Source: Dudresnaya verticillata
Lineage: Eukaryota
Length of the DNA stretch: 64,000 nt
Direction: 5' to 3'
NCBI GenBank assembly: GCA_977862235.1
Contig: OZ374558.1
Span: 3,472,001 to 3,536,000 of the forward strand
Part shown: positions 13,150-24,073 of the stretch, in pieces
How the letters are laid out: the number at the start of each line of letters is the position of its first letter
Position numbering within the stretch: the first letter of the stretch is position 1
Translations under genes and position numbers: made by a program
Notes under the pieces: generated by a model
What the model saw: only the letters and a program-made list of their open reading frames with translations
Databases searched by the model: none
What the model was told of the DNA's origin: nothing

Positions 13150-14290
13150 TTGTCACCCTGTCATGTGCTCATTATGACGGCGCCAGAAAACTATTACACC
13201 GGCACTTTAATCACTCAACCCTGTTCGTATTCGAAGCAACTGTGAACAATGTCGTGGCAGAGCTGTGCGACTCTCATGCATGCGATTTTAGACAAGTCTC
13301 CGAAGGGAGGTCCGTCGAACATCGTCGGTATATCTGCCCGGTCTAACAACATCTCGAACACAAATTGGAATTGGCTTCGGTGCTGAAATGGACCGCGACC
13401 AGAGAATAGCTTTATCATCATGTCTAGACTCCTTCGTGAAGGAAACCATGGGCGAATATATTATGTACCCATTGCGCCGATACTCCTGAAAGTTTGGAGA
13501 GAGGAAACACGTGCTTGAGAACGAACAAAGTGTTCAAAATATTTGTCAACACTTGTTCACATACTTTATCCGGACACTTGTTCACATACTTTATCCGGAC
13601 AAGACTGGCGGAGACGAAACAAGAAACAGAGCCTCACTCTTCAGATCTCTTGTACTCGATCATAGTCATCAGCAAGGGAGACATGACGTTGGACACCTCC
13701 CTGGTCGTCGAATTTGCTCTCTCCAGATACGTTTCAACTGACCAGGTCTTATCCTAGGCTGTTTACGAGACTTGCAGAAACTCTAATGTTGAATACTTGA
13801 CAGGGACTGAAGTTTCTACCCGCTTTAGGGACCAGCTGTTTAACCGCCCTTTATCTAGACGGAACGTTTGAGAGCCTCCGTACCTGAACAGGGTATGTAA
13901 CTGCAACAATCAAGCAGTCCGCAAGACCGGTAATATTACGCAATGGCGGAACCAAGATCCCAGAGGGGGCATTGGTGATGAGTCTTCAAACCTGGGCAAA
14001 CCTGGACCCCAAAATATGGCGCGATCCGTTGGGATTTGGTCCGGAACGGTGGGTCTACAGAACTTCTCGTAGAGAGGGTGACAAAGTCTGGCCTGGAACT
14101 TATGTTCCGTTTGGTAGTAGGTCTCGTGCTTGCGCCGGTAGGTTTCTTGCCAAGCACGACTAAGCTCTAATCCCCGCCGAATTGCATCGCAGTTTTATTT
14201 TCATGCTAGCTTCCGAGAAGAGCGAAGGAGTGGGAGTGAAGGCTTTTGTCGAGGTTGCAAAATCACCCTCTGTGAAGGGAGGGGGATTAA
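13150..14290 (+). pseudogene. Cytochrome P450 pseudogene, copy 1
   Basis: DPKIWRDPLGFGPERW (PERF-like) and PFGSRSRACAGRFLA (heme-Cys motif). In-frame stops and frameshifts. Confidence 0.8.
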
Positions 14291-16239
14291 AAAACGCTAA
14301 ACAAGCGCGTTGGACTTCTGCCAGAACACAATACAGGAAACGCTATTTCTTTACGGCGTTAGAATACATGTGAATATTTGCCATGTCGTTTCTGTGCTTG
14401 TTTCAGGATGGGGAGTACTGATGAGAGCTCCTCACCTCTGGAGAGACAAGTGCCACTTCCGTGAGCACAATAACTACCTCTTCTAATAATCGACCAGAAG
14501 GAACGTTTTCTGTTTGTCCGAACTCACAAGTAGATTACACACACGTTGTCTCCGAGAGGACCTGCGATAGATAAACTGTGGTTTAGTTTCTCGAAAGGAG
14601 GGGAACGCACAACGTACCTTGTGGGCGTAGAAAAGATGTATAAGACAAGAGCCCAACTTTTATGCTGTATACTAAGTGTTGTGAATCGCAACTACTATTT
14701 TTGATAATCACAACTCGTATCAAATGAATCGCAACTACTATTTTTGTTAACCACAACCCGTATCAATAGAACAGAATGTCATTTCGAGGAACGAAGAGGA
14801 CCATGTAGGAGGAGACGGAAGCAGCGAGAGCTCCCAGGGTGAACGGTTACGTCTGCCACCCGTCGGAACGTTCCAGCAAATTCATGAGCTCCGTTGCGGT
14901 TTGGTACATAGCCGCACACAGCCGCCACCCACACTGATACACCCACTCACCGATCCATGCGTGCCGCCACTCGTCCCTTCGAGCTGCTAACAGCATATAT
15001 GACGGGATTTTGCGTCTCAGGAGACGAGAAACTGTCTAAACATCTCACGTGGAAGTATCTTTCAAACTCACTGGGACGAGGTCGTCGCCCTCGAAGCGAA
15101 TTATGTGTTCCAGACCGTACGCATCGGCAGTCTGGAGACCAAAAGCATTAAAGAAAGTGTGGCGAATGCGATGGCCATTGCCCGTCTCGCGCATGCGAGC
15201 GACCATGGTCTCACCACCGGCCTGTCCAAACAGTTTATAGGCTCTGCCTTGCTGTTCACACTTGTTCGCCCTGGAAGCTGAAGTGAGGGCCGTCAAAGCC
15301 AAAAATGTCTGGATTCTTCGAGGCGAAAGCCATGAAGAAGGCCCGGATGCCGATGCTCTTAAAGTCGCATTCGTAGTGGAGCACGGCGTCAATTTGCAAG
15401 GGGACAATCTGCGTACTGATTCAGCAGGAGAAGCCACACGGGTGACAGCCAGCGCAGGGGTCCGTGAGGCATCGCGCTTTCGGCTGGTCGCGGCACGCGT
15501 TTTCCGCGGCGCGGCGTTCGGTGAAAGTTGCCAGCCGGGTGAAGGCACGCTGTGAAGTGCTCCAGCAGCTACTAGTGTGTCGGGTGCGGGCGGTCCCCCC
15601 ACAGCAAATATACTGGGACAAGGAGGGAAAAGAAACAAACGATAGGGGGTGCCGTCCATCTTCCGTGTGGCGGTGGTCGTGGGTGCTGGTTGATGTAAAA
15701 AGGTGAGTGCGAAGCGTGGTCGGTTGAAAGTGGTACATACGGGCTGCAGCAAGGACGAGATTCGTGTTCCGTTTTGCTGTTTGTCGACGGGGAGATCTTT
15801 TCGGAAGGCAGTACGGCCATTAACAATAATGGTTTAACGCGGAAACAATAACAAGAGCGTTTTGTAAGCATGTTCAAGCCATCTTCTGACTCCGCCTGGG
15901 ATCTATGTATAGCCTGCACTTTGGTACAATCTCAAATGTTCAACAACCAGCTTTTTAAACATAGACAGGACACCGAACTGAGCTTCGATGTCAATAGACA
16001 AGGACGAAATAGAAATCAGACACACTACCGGTAGTAAAGCAAGCAACAACCTGGCAGTAATGGCACACACCCGCGACATTTCCACGGCCTTGTTCTTCCA
16101 CGGTCGCCATATTCTGTTTCTCTGTACAGAAAGCGCATACCTAATCACACTCGACTCGTTCTACCGGCCAGATCTTGATCGCACAGGATTTTAATAGTCT
16201 TAACTCGCAAACTCGCGAGGTACAAGATGTTTATTACTA

Positions 16240-19200
16240 TTAACTTGCAAACTCGCGAGAGAACTTTTTTGCTGCTCTTGTTGCAAACTGAGTATCGGTC
16301 TCTCCACGGACATCGTTCCGAACACCGATATATCCTGTCACTTTCGCAAGTGTCTCCATTACCTCCGTCACTGGAACCTTCTTCTGGCGTTCGTGGTCGA
16401 AAAAGTGATTATCTTCAAATACACGCCGAAACCGTTCGTCATACGGAAGCTGCTTGTTCTTGCAGTCTTCCACCTGCAGTTGGTAGAAAAGCGGGAACAG
16501 TACAGGTGACTGTGGTCTCTGCTTTCGCTCGAGAAATTCAGACAGCTCTACCATCGGCCACTTGCGAGCCACAAACGACGGCGAAAGAATGAAAGCGGCA
16601 GCCTTACTGCCGCGAATTGCCGCTCGAATTTGCTCTTCGTTTGTACGTTCCGAAACCTTCAAACTCTCTTCATCCAAAAAACACCGCAATCCCATTGCTT
16701 TCAATGCATTCCGTAGCGGGTAGGCAACAGATATCTTTTCCGGGCCTGCGTGGCTAATAAAGACATCATACGGAGTTACTGAGTCTTGTAGTTCAAAATG
16801 ATCGTGGCTTGATCCGTCAGACACACCCTCAAGAATATGTAACTTCAGTTCTCCATAGTTCCACAGTTGATTGCAATAGCATTTTCCTTCTGCCTCATCG
16901 AGTGCCTGACATTCTTCAGTCGAAACCCATGTCTGAGGTATTGACAACAACACACTTTTAGAGCCACCGCAACCCCCCTGGATGCTCGAAGGGCAATCAG
17001 TAACTAGAAAATGATTCCGAGCTGCGTTGCTTCCGTGCGGAGGTCTTGTCAAAAAATCTTCCATAGCTTTCAAACATTCTTGAGCCACCTTCATTGCTGA
17101 GACGGCATCGCACCTGCTCGTCCACACAATCCATCTTTTCTTAGGAACGAAGCAAACAACAACGCGGCAAGTCCCCTTCAGAGAAAGAATTACAGCATCT
17201 TGGCGAAGTTCCGGTGGCTTTGTTCGCTCTCCTCCGATAGTGCGATGAAGGAATGCAACAAAGTAGCCCTCCAAGCCAGGGGGAATGGCATCGTCAAAGA
17301 TGGTTCTCAAAACAATTTCGCACTCTCCTTCTTTCGTAGGGCACTGGAATCCCTCCCAACCTTTGGGAAGCAACGACGGAATCCCGACTAGCTCCTTCCG
17401 CTCATCACCCTCCGTCTCTGTAGAGTGCAAACGCATTAGAATGCCAAACCGGCACAGAATGTCAAGCATCACATCTCGAACAGGAGGTAGGTATTTACAC
17501 CACAATTCATCCAGTCCCTTTCGTGGGATCAACCCGTTCTCGTAACTTTCTGCTTCATGCTGTCCTAGAGTTTGCAAACTCCTTTCAAACTCTTTCGCTT
17601 CTTCTTCACCCAGTCTTTCTCGCATAAACTCAGCCGGGCCCGTGACCTGTCGAATAAAGTCCAGAATAACTGTTGGATCTGGGAACACGTACCATCCCTC
17701 GGCCGTCTGAACTTCGGCGATATGCCCTTGTTGGCCCTGGAATTGGACGCATTTCTCAACGTCTGCTTCTCTCTCCTCCTTGTCACTAGAGAATCCGGGA
17801 AGTCTGGCAGCATGGCTATGGACTTCTCCCATTGCCAAAAAGACTTCTTGGCTTTCAGTGGCGTGCGACAAAATGGCTTCCCTGAGGGCAGCCCACCGAA
17901 CTGGAACCTCTTCCCTTCCGTCAAGAATGTCTTCACTCGCTTCCTTGATAAACTTCTCTAGTTCCACAACGCCTGACCCGGCACGGTCTTGTTCAGCACT
18001 GCTGTTCTTGTTCTCGATGGCAACCCACCGACACTTGCATTTGTCGACATCACCCTTCTCCCGTACCCAGTCATCGTAGACAGCCCTTCCGAGATGCTTT
18101 CGCAGTTTTTGTCGCAGCTGCTGAAACAAGTCTTCAGGGCTTTCAACTTCTGCCTTCCTGGTTCCCACCAGGATCACCCAAACGTTTTTCGGGGTTTGCG
18201 AAGACGCATGTGCCATTTGCATCCAGTTGCATAGTTCTAACACTTCGTCCTCTAACACTTCGTCCTCTTGGGTGACTTCTGACGCAAACCTTTTCAGATC
18301 TACCACGAAAACAAAAATGGAAGCGCGGCGGATGAAGATTGCGGGAACACTGAGGTACTCTGCCTGACCCCCAAGGTCCCAGCATTGCACCAACGCAGCT
18401 CGATTATCCGCAGGGAATGGATGACTCATGAGCCCTTGCCGTGCTGCTTCCCAAATGGGAGACGCTCGGGAGTTGATAGACTGTGAAGCAGCAATACTGG
18501 GCGGAGCTGGTGGTTGTTGAGCAGTGGTATGGCTGCTTGCCAATGTGTCTCCACTCTGGGGAACGGTCCTCTTGGTCGGAGGAGCTCGCTTGAGCCAAGT
18601 GGGGAGTTTAAGGTGGAACCTTGCGGTGGATTTTTCACTCGGCCGCGATGATGCATCAGTTGCAGTTGGGAGAAACGCCGATCCAGCTCGAAAGGAGCCG
18701 GCATCGGATGCACTTGCTGTAGATGACGTTGGTCGTTCCGTTGGCGTGGGTAACACTGGAATACCTGACCGTGACATGAGGGCATGGAAGGCCTCGCTGT
18801 TGAAAGCGAGTTGGTCGACAATGTCATCGTCCAACTTGGGGCCGTCCGGGACGACAACAGTGCGACTCAGCGACACAAAGTGTGTCGGCTGGTGGGTGGC
18901 AACGAAGGGCATGGAGCGCAGGCTCCTTACCGTGCTTGTCTTGCCGCGTGCCGCACCGCCAAGAACAAGAAGAAAGCACTGCCGTGGCTTTGCTGTGGCG
19001 GTCTTGAGGGTGTTGTCAACAAGTGTGCTGGTGTCACCGATGCGGTTGACAAGGTATTGCAACCGGCTGCTGAAGACTTCAAGCTCAAGAGGCGTTTGCT
19101 GTTGATGCGCTGCTTGTTGATGCAGTTGGGCTGCTGCGCGCTCATCGCGAGCAACACCGACATCTCCGCGGCCAAGCAATGTGGCGAGCTCATAGAGTGC

Positions 19201-19953
19201 GACGCGGGTGCGATGGAGTTCGATTGAGCGTTGGAAGAGGCTCTTCGCGCGCGGCGGATCGCGCGCGTCTCCGATATGATTGGACAAAAGCGCTTGGCCC
19301 AACCAAACCATATACATTGGGGCCCTCTCGTGACCGCTGTCGCAGGCGCGTTGGAGCAGTTCGACGCCGCGCGGAACGTCTCGCGGAACATCGATTCCGC
19401 CGCTCAGCAGCAATTCGCCCAAATTGGCCATTGCGTTGACATTTTCGCCATCCGCGATGGCGCGGTCGAACAGCGCAGCGGCGCGCGGAGCGTCTTTGGC
19501 GACGCCGTCGCCGTCTGCGAGGAGAACGCCCAAATTGACCATTGCCGTCACATTCGCAAACTCTGCTGCAACGGCTCGTTCGTACAGCGCTGCCGCGCGC
19601 TTTGTGTCTTTGACAAAATGGCGCCGTCCGATATCGAGACGCACTCCGAGATTCCACAGCGACACCCCGCGCGGATCTCGCGCGTTGGCGCGCTCGACCA
19701 GCTCCGCGGCGCGGCGCTCGTCCTTGGGCACTCCCGCGGCCCCTTCCTTTAGCAACAGTGCAAGGCCATGCCGCGCTTGGATATGGTCGCCCTCATCAAT
19801 CGCTCGCTCGAGCAAGGCGACGGCTTGCAAAGGTAGAACAGGCCCTCCATCTGAAGCGTCCCAGCACACAAAGGCGAGTGCAACCATGTCGTCGACATCG
19901 GCATTGTCGTCGATAGCTTGGCGAAGGGCGCGGCGCTGCGGTGTGGCATCCAT
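16240..19953 (-). CDS. Sel1-ROC-COR-TIR protein copy 2 (type B), intact, 1237 aa
   Basis: Single intronless ORF from ATG 19953. About 7 Sel1-like repeats (AMxNLGxLLxxGxGVxKDxxRAxxLxxRA), G1 GGAARGKTS, G3 WDLGGQ, ILVGT, COR-like VPVRW and FPDPTVILDF, TIR YDVFISHAG / CFLDEESL / AIRGS / ILSPSF / WPMVEL / LFPLFY. Confidence 0.93.
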   Translation of the reverse strand: MDATPQRRALRQAIDDNADVDDMVALAFVCWDASDGGPVLPLQAVALLERAIDEGDHIQARHGLALLLKEGAAGVPKDERRAAELVERANARDPRGVSLWNLGVRLDIGRRHFVKDTKRAAALYERAVAAEFANVTAMVNLGVLLADGDGVAKDAPRAAALFDRAIADGENVNAMANLGELLLSGGIDVPRDVPRGVELLQRACDSGHERAPMYMVWLGQALLSNHIGDARDPPRAKSLFQRSIELHRTRVALYELATLLGRGDVGVARDERAAAQLHQQAAHQQQTPLELEVFSSRLQYLVNRIGDTSTLVDNTLKTATAKPRQCFLLVLGGAARGKTSTVRSLRSMPFVATHQPTHFVSLSRTVVVPDGPKLDDDIVDQLAFNSEAFHALMSRSGIPVLPTPTERPTSSTASASDAGSFRAGSAFLPTATDASSRPSEKSTARFHLKLPTWLKRAPPTKRTVPQSGDTLASSHTTAQQPPAPPSIAASQSINSRASPIWEAARQGLMSHPFPADNRAALVQCWDLGGQAEYLSVPAIFIRRASIFVFVVDLKRFASEVTQEDEVLEDEVLELCNWMQMAHASSQTPKNVWVILVGTRKAEVESPEDLFQQLRQKLRKHLGRAVYDDWVREKGDVDKCKCRWVAIENKNSSAEQDRAGSGVVELEKFIKEASEDILDGREEVPVRWAALREAILSHATESQEVFLAMGEVHSHAARLPGFSSDKEEREADVEKCVQFQGQQGHIAEVQTAEGWYVFPDPTVILDFIRQVTGPAEFMRERLGEEEAKEFERSLQTLGQHEAESYENGLIPRKGLDELWCKYLPPVRDVMLDILCRFGILMRLHSTETEGDERKELVGIPSLLPKGWEGFQCPTKEGECEIVLRTIFDDAIPPGLEGYFVAFLHRTIGGERTKPPELRQDAVILSLKGTCRVVVCFVPKKRWIVWTSRCDAVSAMKVAQECLKAMEDFLTRPPHGSNAARNHFLVTDCPSSIQGGCGGSKSVLLSIPQTWVSTEECQALDEAEGKCYCNQLWNYGELKLHILEGVSDGSSHDHFELQDSVTPYDVFISHAGPEKISVAYPLRNALKAMGLRCFLDEESLKVSERTNEEQIRAAIRGSKAAAFILSPSFVARKWPMVELSEFLERKQRPQSPVLFPLFYQLQVEDCKNKQLPYDERFRRVFEDNHFFDHERQKKVPVTEVMETLAKVTGYIGVRNDVRGETDTQFATRAAKKFSREFAS

Positions 19954-20048
19954 GTCGGCAGGAGCGGGTGGTCGAGCGGGTGGAGATGGTTGGAGATGGG
20001 ATGGTTGGGGTGTGTGTGTCGGGAGCGAGTGCGCCAAGCGCACGGCGC

Positions 20049-20056
20049 TATTTATG
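20049..20056 (-). promoter_or_regulatory. TATA-like box CATAAATA
   Basis: About 95 bp upstream of the ATG in GC-rich DNA and conserved in all four copies that retain a 5' end (also 7900-7907, 44916-44923, 57860-57867). Confidence 0.55.
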
Positions 20057-20139
20057 CCGCGATGAAAGTTGCAAGTGGGACGGCGGGAGGTGTTGCAGCG
20101 CAGCGTGGGCGGCGGTGTGCAGCGCGGCGGAGCTGTTTT

Positions 20140-20600
20140 GCGCGGATGTTGTAAAAGTCGAAAGGCGCGTTGTCACGTCAGAGCACAGTGCACGTGTATT
20201 TGGCGCCTGTGCCGATTGGCGCTCTGCGAGATGTTTCGGCCACGCACAAACGTCGTCATCGCTACAGCCCTTACAACAGAGTCGCGAGCCATCCTTCATC
20301 GCTTCGCGAGCTTCGTGCGGAGCAAGACCTGCTCCCCGCGAGCCGACTCCGGCCGTGTCCGGCAATGTTTTTCTGTCGGCGTCCGGCACGCCCGAGGTCT
20401 GAGGTGTTGGACATGAGGCGCTGGCCTAGTGGCCTGTGACGCGGCTACGGAAGTCATCCAACGGGCGGCGCATTGCCGGTTGTTGGCGGAGGCGGTTGTC
20501 GTGTGCCGCGCGACGTGCGACCTCCCATCTCTTTTTGCCACACAGCAGCCGCGTCTGTATGCCGGCGGATGTTGTAAAAGTCGGCAGGCGCGTCGCGTCG
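20140..20600. repeat. Upstream degenerate repeat of about 115 bp with CACGTG, CACGTCA and CCAAT(ATTGG) motifs
   Basis: Permuted copies at 20187-20305, 22210-22350, 45330-45410 and 58610-58750, and an inverted copy at 45540-45690. gcggatgttgtaaaagtcg occurs at both 20142 and 20564. Confidence 0.6.
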
Positions 20601-20889
20601 TTCATCAGCGGCTGTATGCCGCGGATGCGCATCACTGTATTTCTACATCTGCAGCATCTTTGTCCCACCGCAAGTGCACCTCGCGCGACAATGACGACAA
20701 ACACAGCTCTCAACGCGACTCTCTCTCTCTCTCGATGGAAGCGCACTCGGCGATGCGCTGCCGCCGCCGACCGACCACGCAATGCGCGCGAGGTGTTGTT
20801 TCTTTATTGGTGTGGTCGCATAGCGTCATTCCTTGTTATAAGAATGCTTCGGTAAAAGAACAAGCCTTCCGTCCACCGATCCGGTTCCT

Positions 20890-21674
20890 TTGAAATCAGC
20901 CAGTACAGCTCACGTATGAGGGCCACATTCCTCGATAGCAGCTCGTGCACCTTTTACTGCCCTCCCGAATACCTATCGCGGTACTCGCTTCACCCCGGAG
21001 GAATGGATTACCGCGTGTGATATCCGCTTGGGCAACCCGGTTTTTACGGGCACTACTCGTTGTCCCCACTGTGTACTCACGCGGGGCGTGACGCAAGCTC
21101 CTCTACTTGATCCTCTCGGGAAACATGCCATCATCTGCGCTAGGCGCGAAGGTGCTATCCGGCGTCATAACACCTTACGCGATGTTCTAGCCAACGAATT
21201 CCGCCAGTTGGGCCTACGCCCTATCTATGTCGAATACTCGTTTCTCGCCGAACGTCATCTGCCCCCTACTTCTCGTCGCCGTATGGACGTGGTGGTTCCT
21301 ATATCTGCCTTTAACCCCCGCCCTCAGGCCTTTGACGTTACGGTGGCAGCCCCGTTTGCTGCCGATTACTGCACTGCCGCCTCTCGCTTGGGTGGGGCAG
21401 CGGCGACGCTCGCTGAAAGGCCCAAAAGAGCGCATTACCAAGATCTACTCGACAGCGAGGGAATGGATTGGCCGCTTTACGTCCGAACAGAGAGGGGGTA
21501 ACCCTTCGGACGAAACGCAAGCACTCACGAATCGCATTGTATCTCATCTTCTCCGCTTTCAGGCGCTGGCGATCAATCGCCGTCGTCTTGCCCTTCAGGT
21601 AGGTCCTTGCGTAGACGGGGCGACTTAGCGCCCTTCCAACCCTACCATAAAGGTCCCCATCTCTCCCATCTCTC
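20890..21674 (+). mobile_element. 5'-truncated CRE-like non-LTR retrotransposon (CCHC + RLE endonuclease + 3' UTR)
   Basis: CPHC...HAIIC, RRHNTLRD, RRMDVV...FDVTV, AERPKRAHY. Ends cataaaggtccccatctctcccatctctc. Absent at the paralogous site near 58073. Confidence 0.85.
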
Positions 21675-24073
21675 AGAGCAGTGCACGTGTAGTGTATTTG
21701 GCGCTTGCGCGCGCTCCGCACGCGCCGCCATCCGACAATCATCCGCGGCGCCCATCGATCACAGTCCCATCGTCACCTCGCGCCGCCGCCGCTGCAGCAT
21801 TCTGCGGACACATCGCTACATCACGCGCTGCACCACGCTCGCCCCCCGCGAACGCACAGCACATCACATCCACAGCACTGGCGGTGCGCAGCAGGACAAT
21901 GATACCTCGTCCCTCCCCTCCGCCGCGGCAGCAAAGCAGACCCACAAAAGTGTCTAAAAAAGCATTCCAATCTCCAATCGCATCGCCAACGCGTCAGCCC
22001 CTTACTCCATGTCGATACCGTTTTGGCGGTAGTGGTGCTCTTTAATTGATGGTTGTAGCTGTGTTGGTGGAGGTACGTAGTTCGGTAACAATACTCTTTG
22101 GCTGAAGCACTTACTATGTTTCGCTCAGTGAAGGCACCCCGCCCTCTCACCCCAAAAAGCAGTATTGCGCCCCGCCCCGTACGCAACACAGCAGGAGAGT
22201 CAGAACGCTCAAACCGACGTCTTCGCTACGGCCCTTACAACAGAGTCGCGAGCCTTCGTTCATCGCAGCGCGATGCACGCGTATTTGGGGCTTGTGCGGA
22301 TTGGCTCACTGTGGGATCTTTTGGCCACACCCAAACGTCGTCATCGTACAGCTGAACTCAGTCGCGCAATCCCATCCATCATCCACCGCAACCGCCAGCA
22401 TTTCGTGCCCACCAAGCCACCTCGAGCTGCGCTCAACTCTGCCCGTGTTGCGCAGTCTCGCCGTCACACCTGCTGCCGCGCCAGACATCCCGACCACGCC
22501 TACCGCCGCTCTGCTCGCTGCAACCACCCGGCGAATCGCCCCCCTCGCTCCCATTGTACACTCACACCCCTTGTTGTCCGTTGTCCTTGGTAGCAAGACT
22601 TGCTCGCTGTGGTGCACTCGCACACCATCGCGCCCCAGCCCGCGCCACTATGTTATTCGCTCCAGGTGTTGCATACGCTGTTTGACAATGTGCGTACTGG
22701 ACATCTACGGACGTCCGCTGAACCAACGCCGTCGGTATTGCGCGGATTGTGAACAGTTGTGCATACCTGGTGTCGCAGTTGGCCACAGCAGACGAAACAT
22801 ACAAGCGGTCCCCCATCTACTGCCTCGTATCGTTGCGTATCGGGAGAAGCGAGCCCCCTTTGGCTATATTGCCCACTAACACCGATGTCTCCACCGACAG
22901 GCATCGGAAATGTCAAAGTTCCAGCTAGCGCGGGGAGGAAGCAAGGCGGCACGAGGCGAGGATCACAATGTTTGCATGGCCGCTCACCGCCTCGATCGCG
23001 CAGTATCCCTGCACCGTGCTCACGCCTCCCTCGCCCACGGCATCCGTCTCGCTGCGCTGCTCTGCACCCGCATGGATGGCCTCACCGCGGCGATGGATGT
23101 GGGGCACGGTGCACCTCTCATGCAAGGTGCTGGGAGAGGGTACGCCGGGCTCGCAGAACGCGCCGGGGATTCACCGTGGCGGCGGGGTGGGGCTGTTCAA
23201 CTGCAGCTTGGACGACCGCGTGGCGCTCCGATGCGTCTACTGCGTCGAGTACGGCGACGCGCAAATACCGGAAGACACCGGGGGAGGCAGCGTGCCGTGC
23301 GTGTTCGAGCTGTCCGCCCCTGCCGGGGTTCGCGCACGGGGTAGCACACCGCGTGCGACAGGCACTGTTTGGGACTCCGGCCGCACCGGTAACGGAAAAA
23401 GCGTTCTTCGAATCACTTGTCGATCGACTACGATGACGATACGTTCAGTGACGGCGGGATGCTATCCACAAGGGCTGCAGGCAATAACATCGCAAACACA
23501 AATGCAATAAGCAACATGTTGCACCAATTCTCTCCCCTTCGGCAATAGGTATTGCAATATACAATGTCACTGCAACAACAATTGCAATTGTAATTACGAG
23601 CCCGACAGCCCTGGCACTAACGGCAAAGCGGTTCACTCCTTCCCATCGCCCTTCCACGTCTTCTGCTTGCCATACACGAACCCCGCCGCGTACGGTGGAT
23701 TGCTGCCGGCTTCGCAGACAATGCGTCCGGGCCTTTTCCTGCACCAGCAAGTCGCGATGCCGGACATCCGTTCGCCCCAGGCGTGACTTACGCACTCTGT
23801 GTTATGCTCCCGTACCAGCCGCCCTTCACAGCTCCCCAGTCTCGCAAAATCAATGAAGTAGGTGCGGTGCACAGGCCGTGCGCCGTTGTGCGTCATGGAA
23901 GAAGCAGCAGGTCGAAGGGATGGGCGAGGGCCGTCGAGAAAAGAAGGCGGCGCACCGAATATGTAATACCTATTGTGCCGTCATGAGCTGCGTCGCAATA
24001 ATGATTGTTGCAGGCAGTAAATGATGAGATATATTAAACGGCAACGACAAACGTATACTATGGACAAACTCAA

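Larger units (their letters stand above)
3690..20270. repeat. Segmental duplication unit 1
   Basis: Colinear with 23690-45410 (offsets 19958 at the type A gene end, 20811 at the EF-hand pseudogene, 20041 from P450 to the type B gene) and partly with 48248-62560. Confidence 0.9.

Noticed and set aside
14682..14768. Short tandem repeats (43 bp x2; also 25 bp x2 near 13550) as CRISPR or functional arrays
   Set aside because: Only two adjacent units, no spacers and no cas genes.
15045..15752. 235-aa minus-strand ORF in three copies as a real gene
   Set aside because: No recognisable domain, non-ATG start, overlaps a dispersed repeat; its conservation is explained by recent duplication.
19954..20043. 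30-aa N-terminal extension from GTG (also 57765-57854)
   Set aside because: Eukaryotic context; the GTG lies just downstream of the TATA-like box, and the conserved ATG is the likely start.
19179..20893. Numerous overlapping plus-strand Arg/Ala-rich ORFs
   Set aside because: Expected shadows of GC-rich Sel1 coding and promoter DNA.
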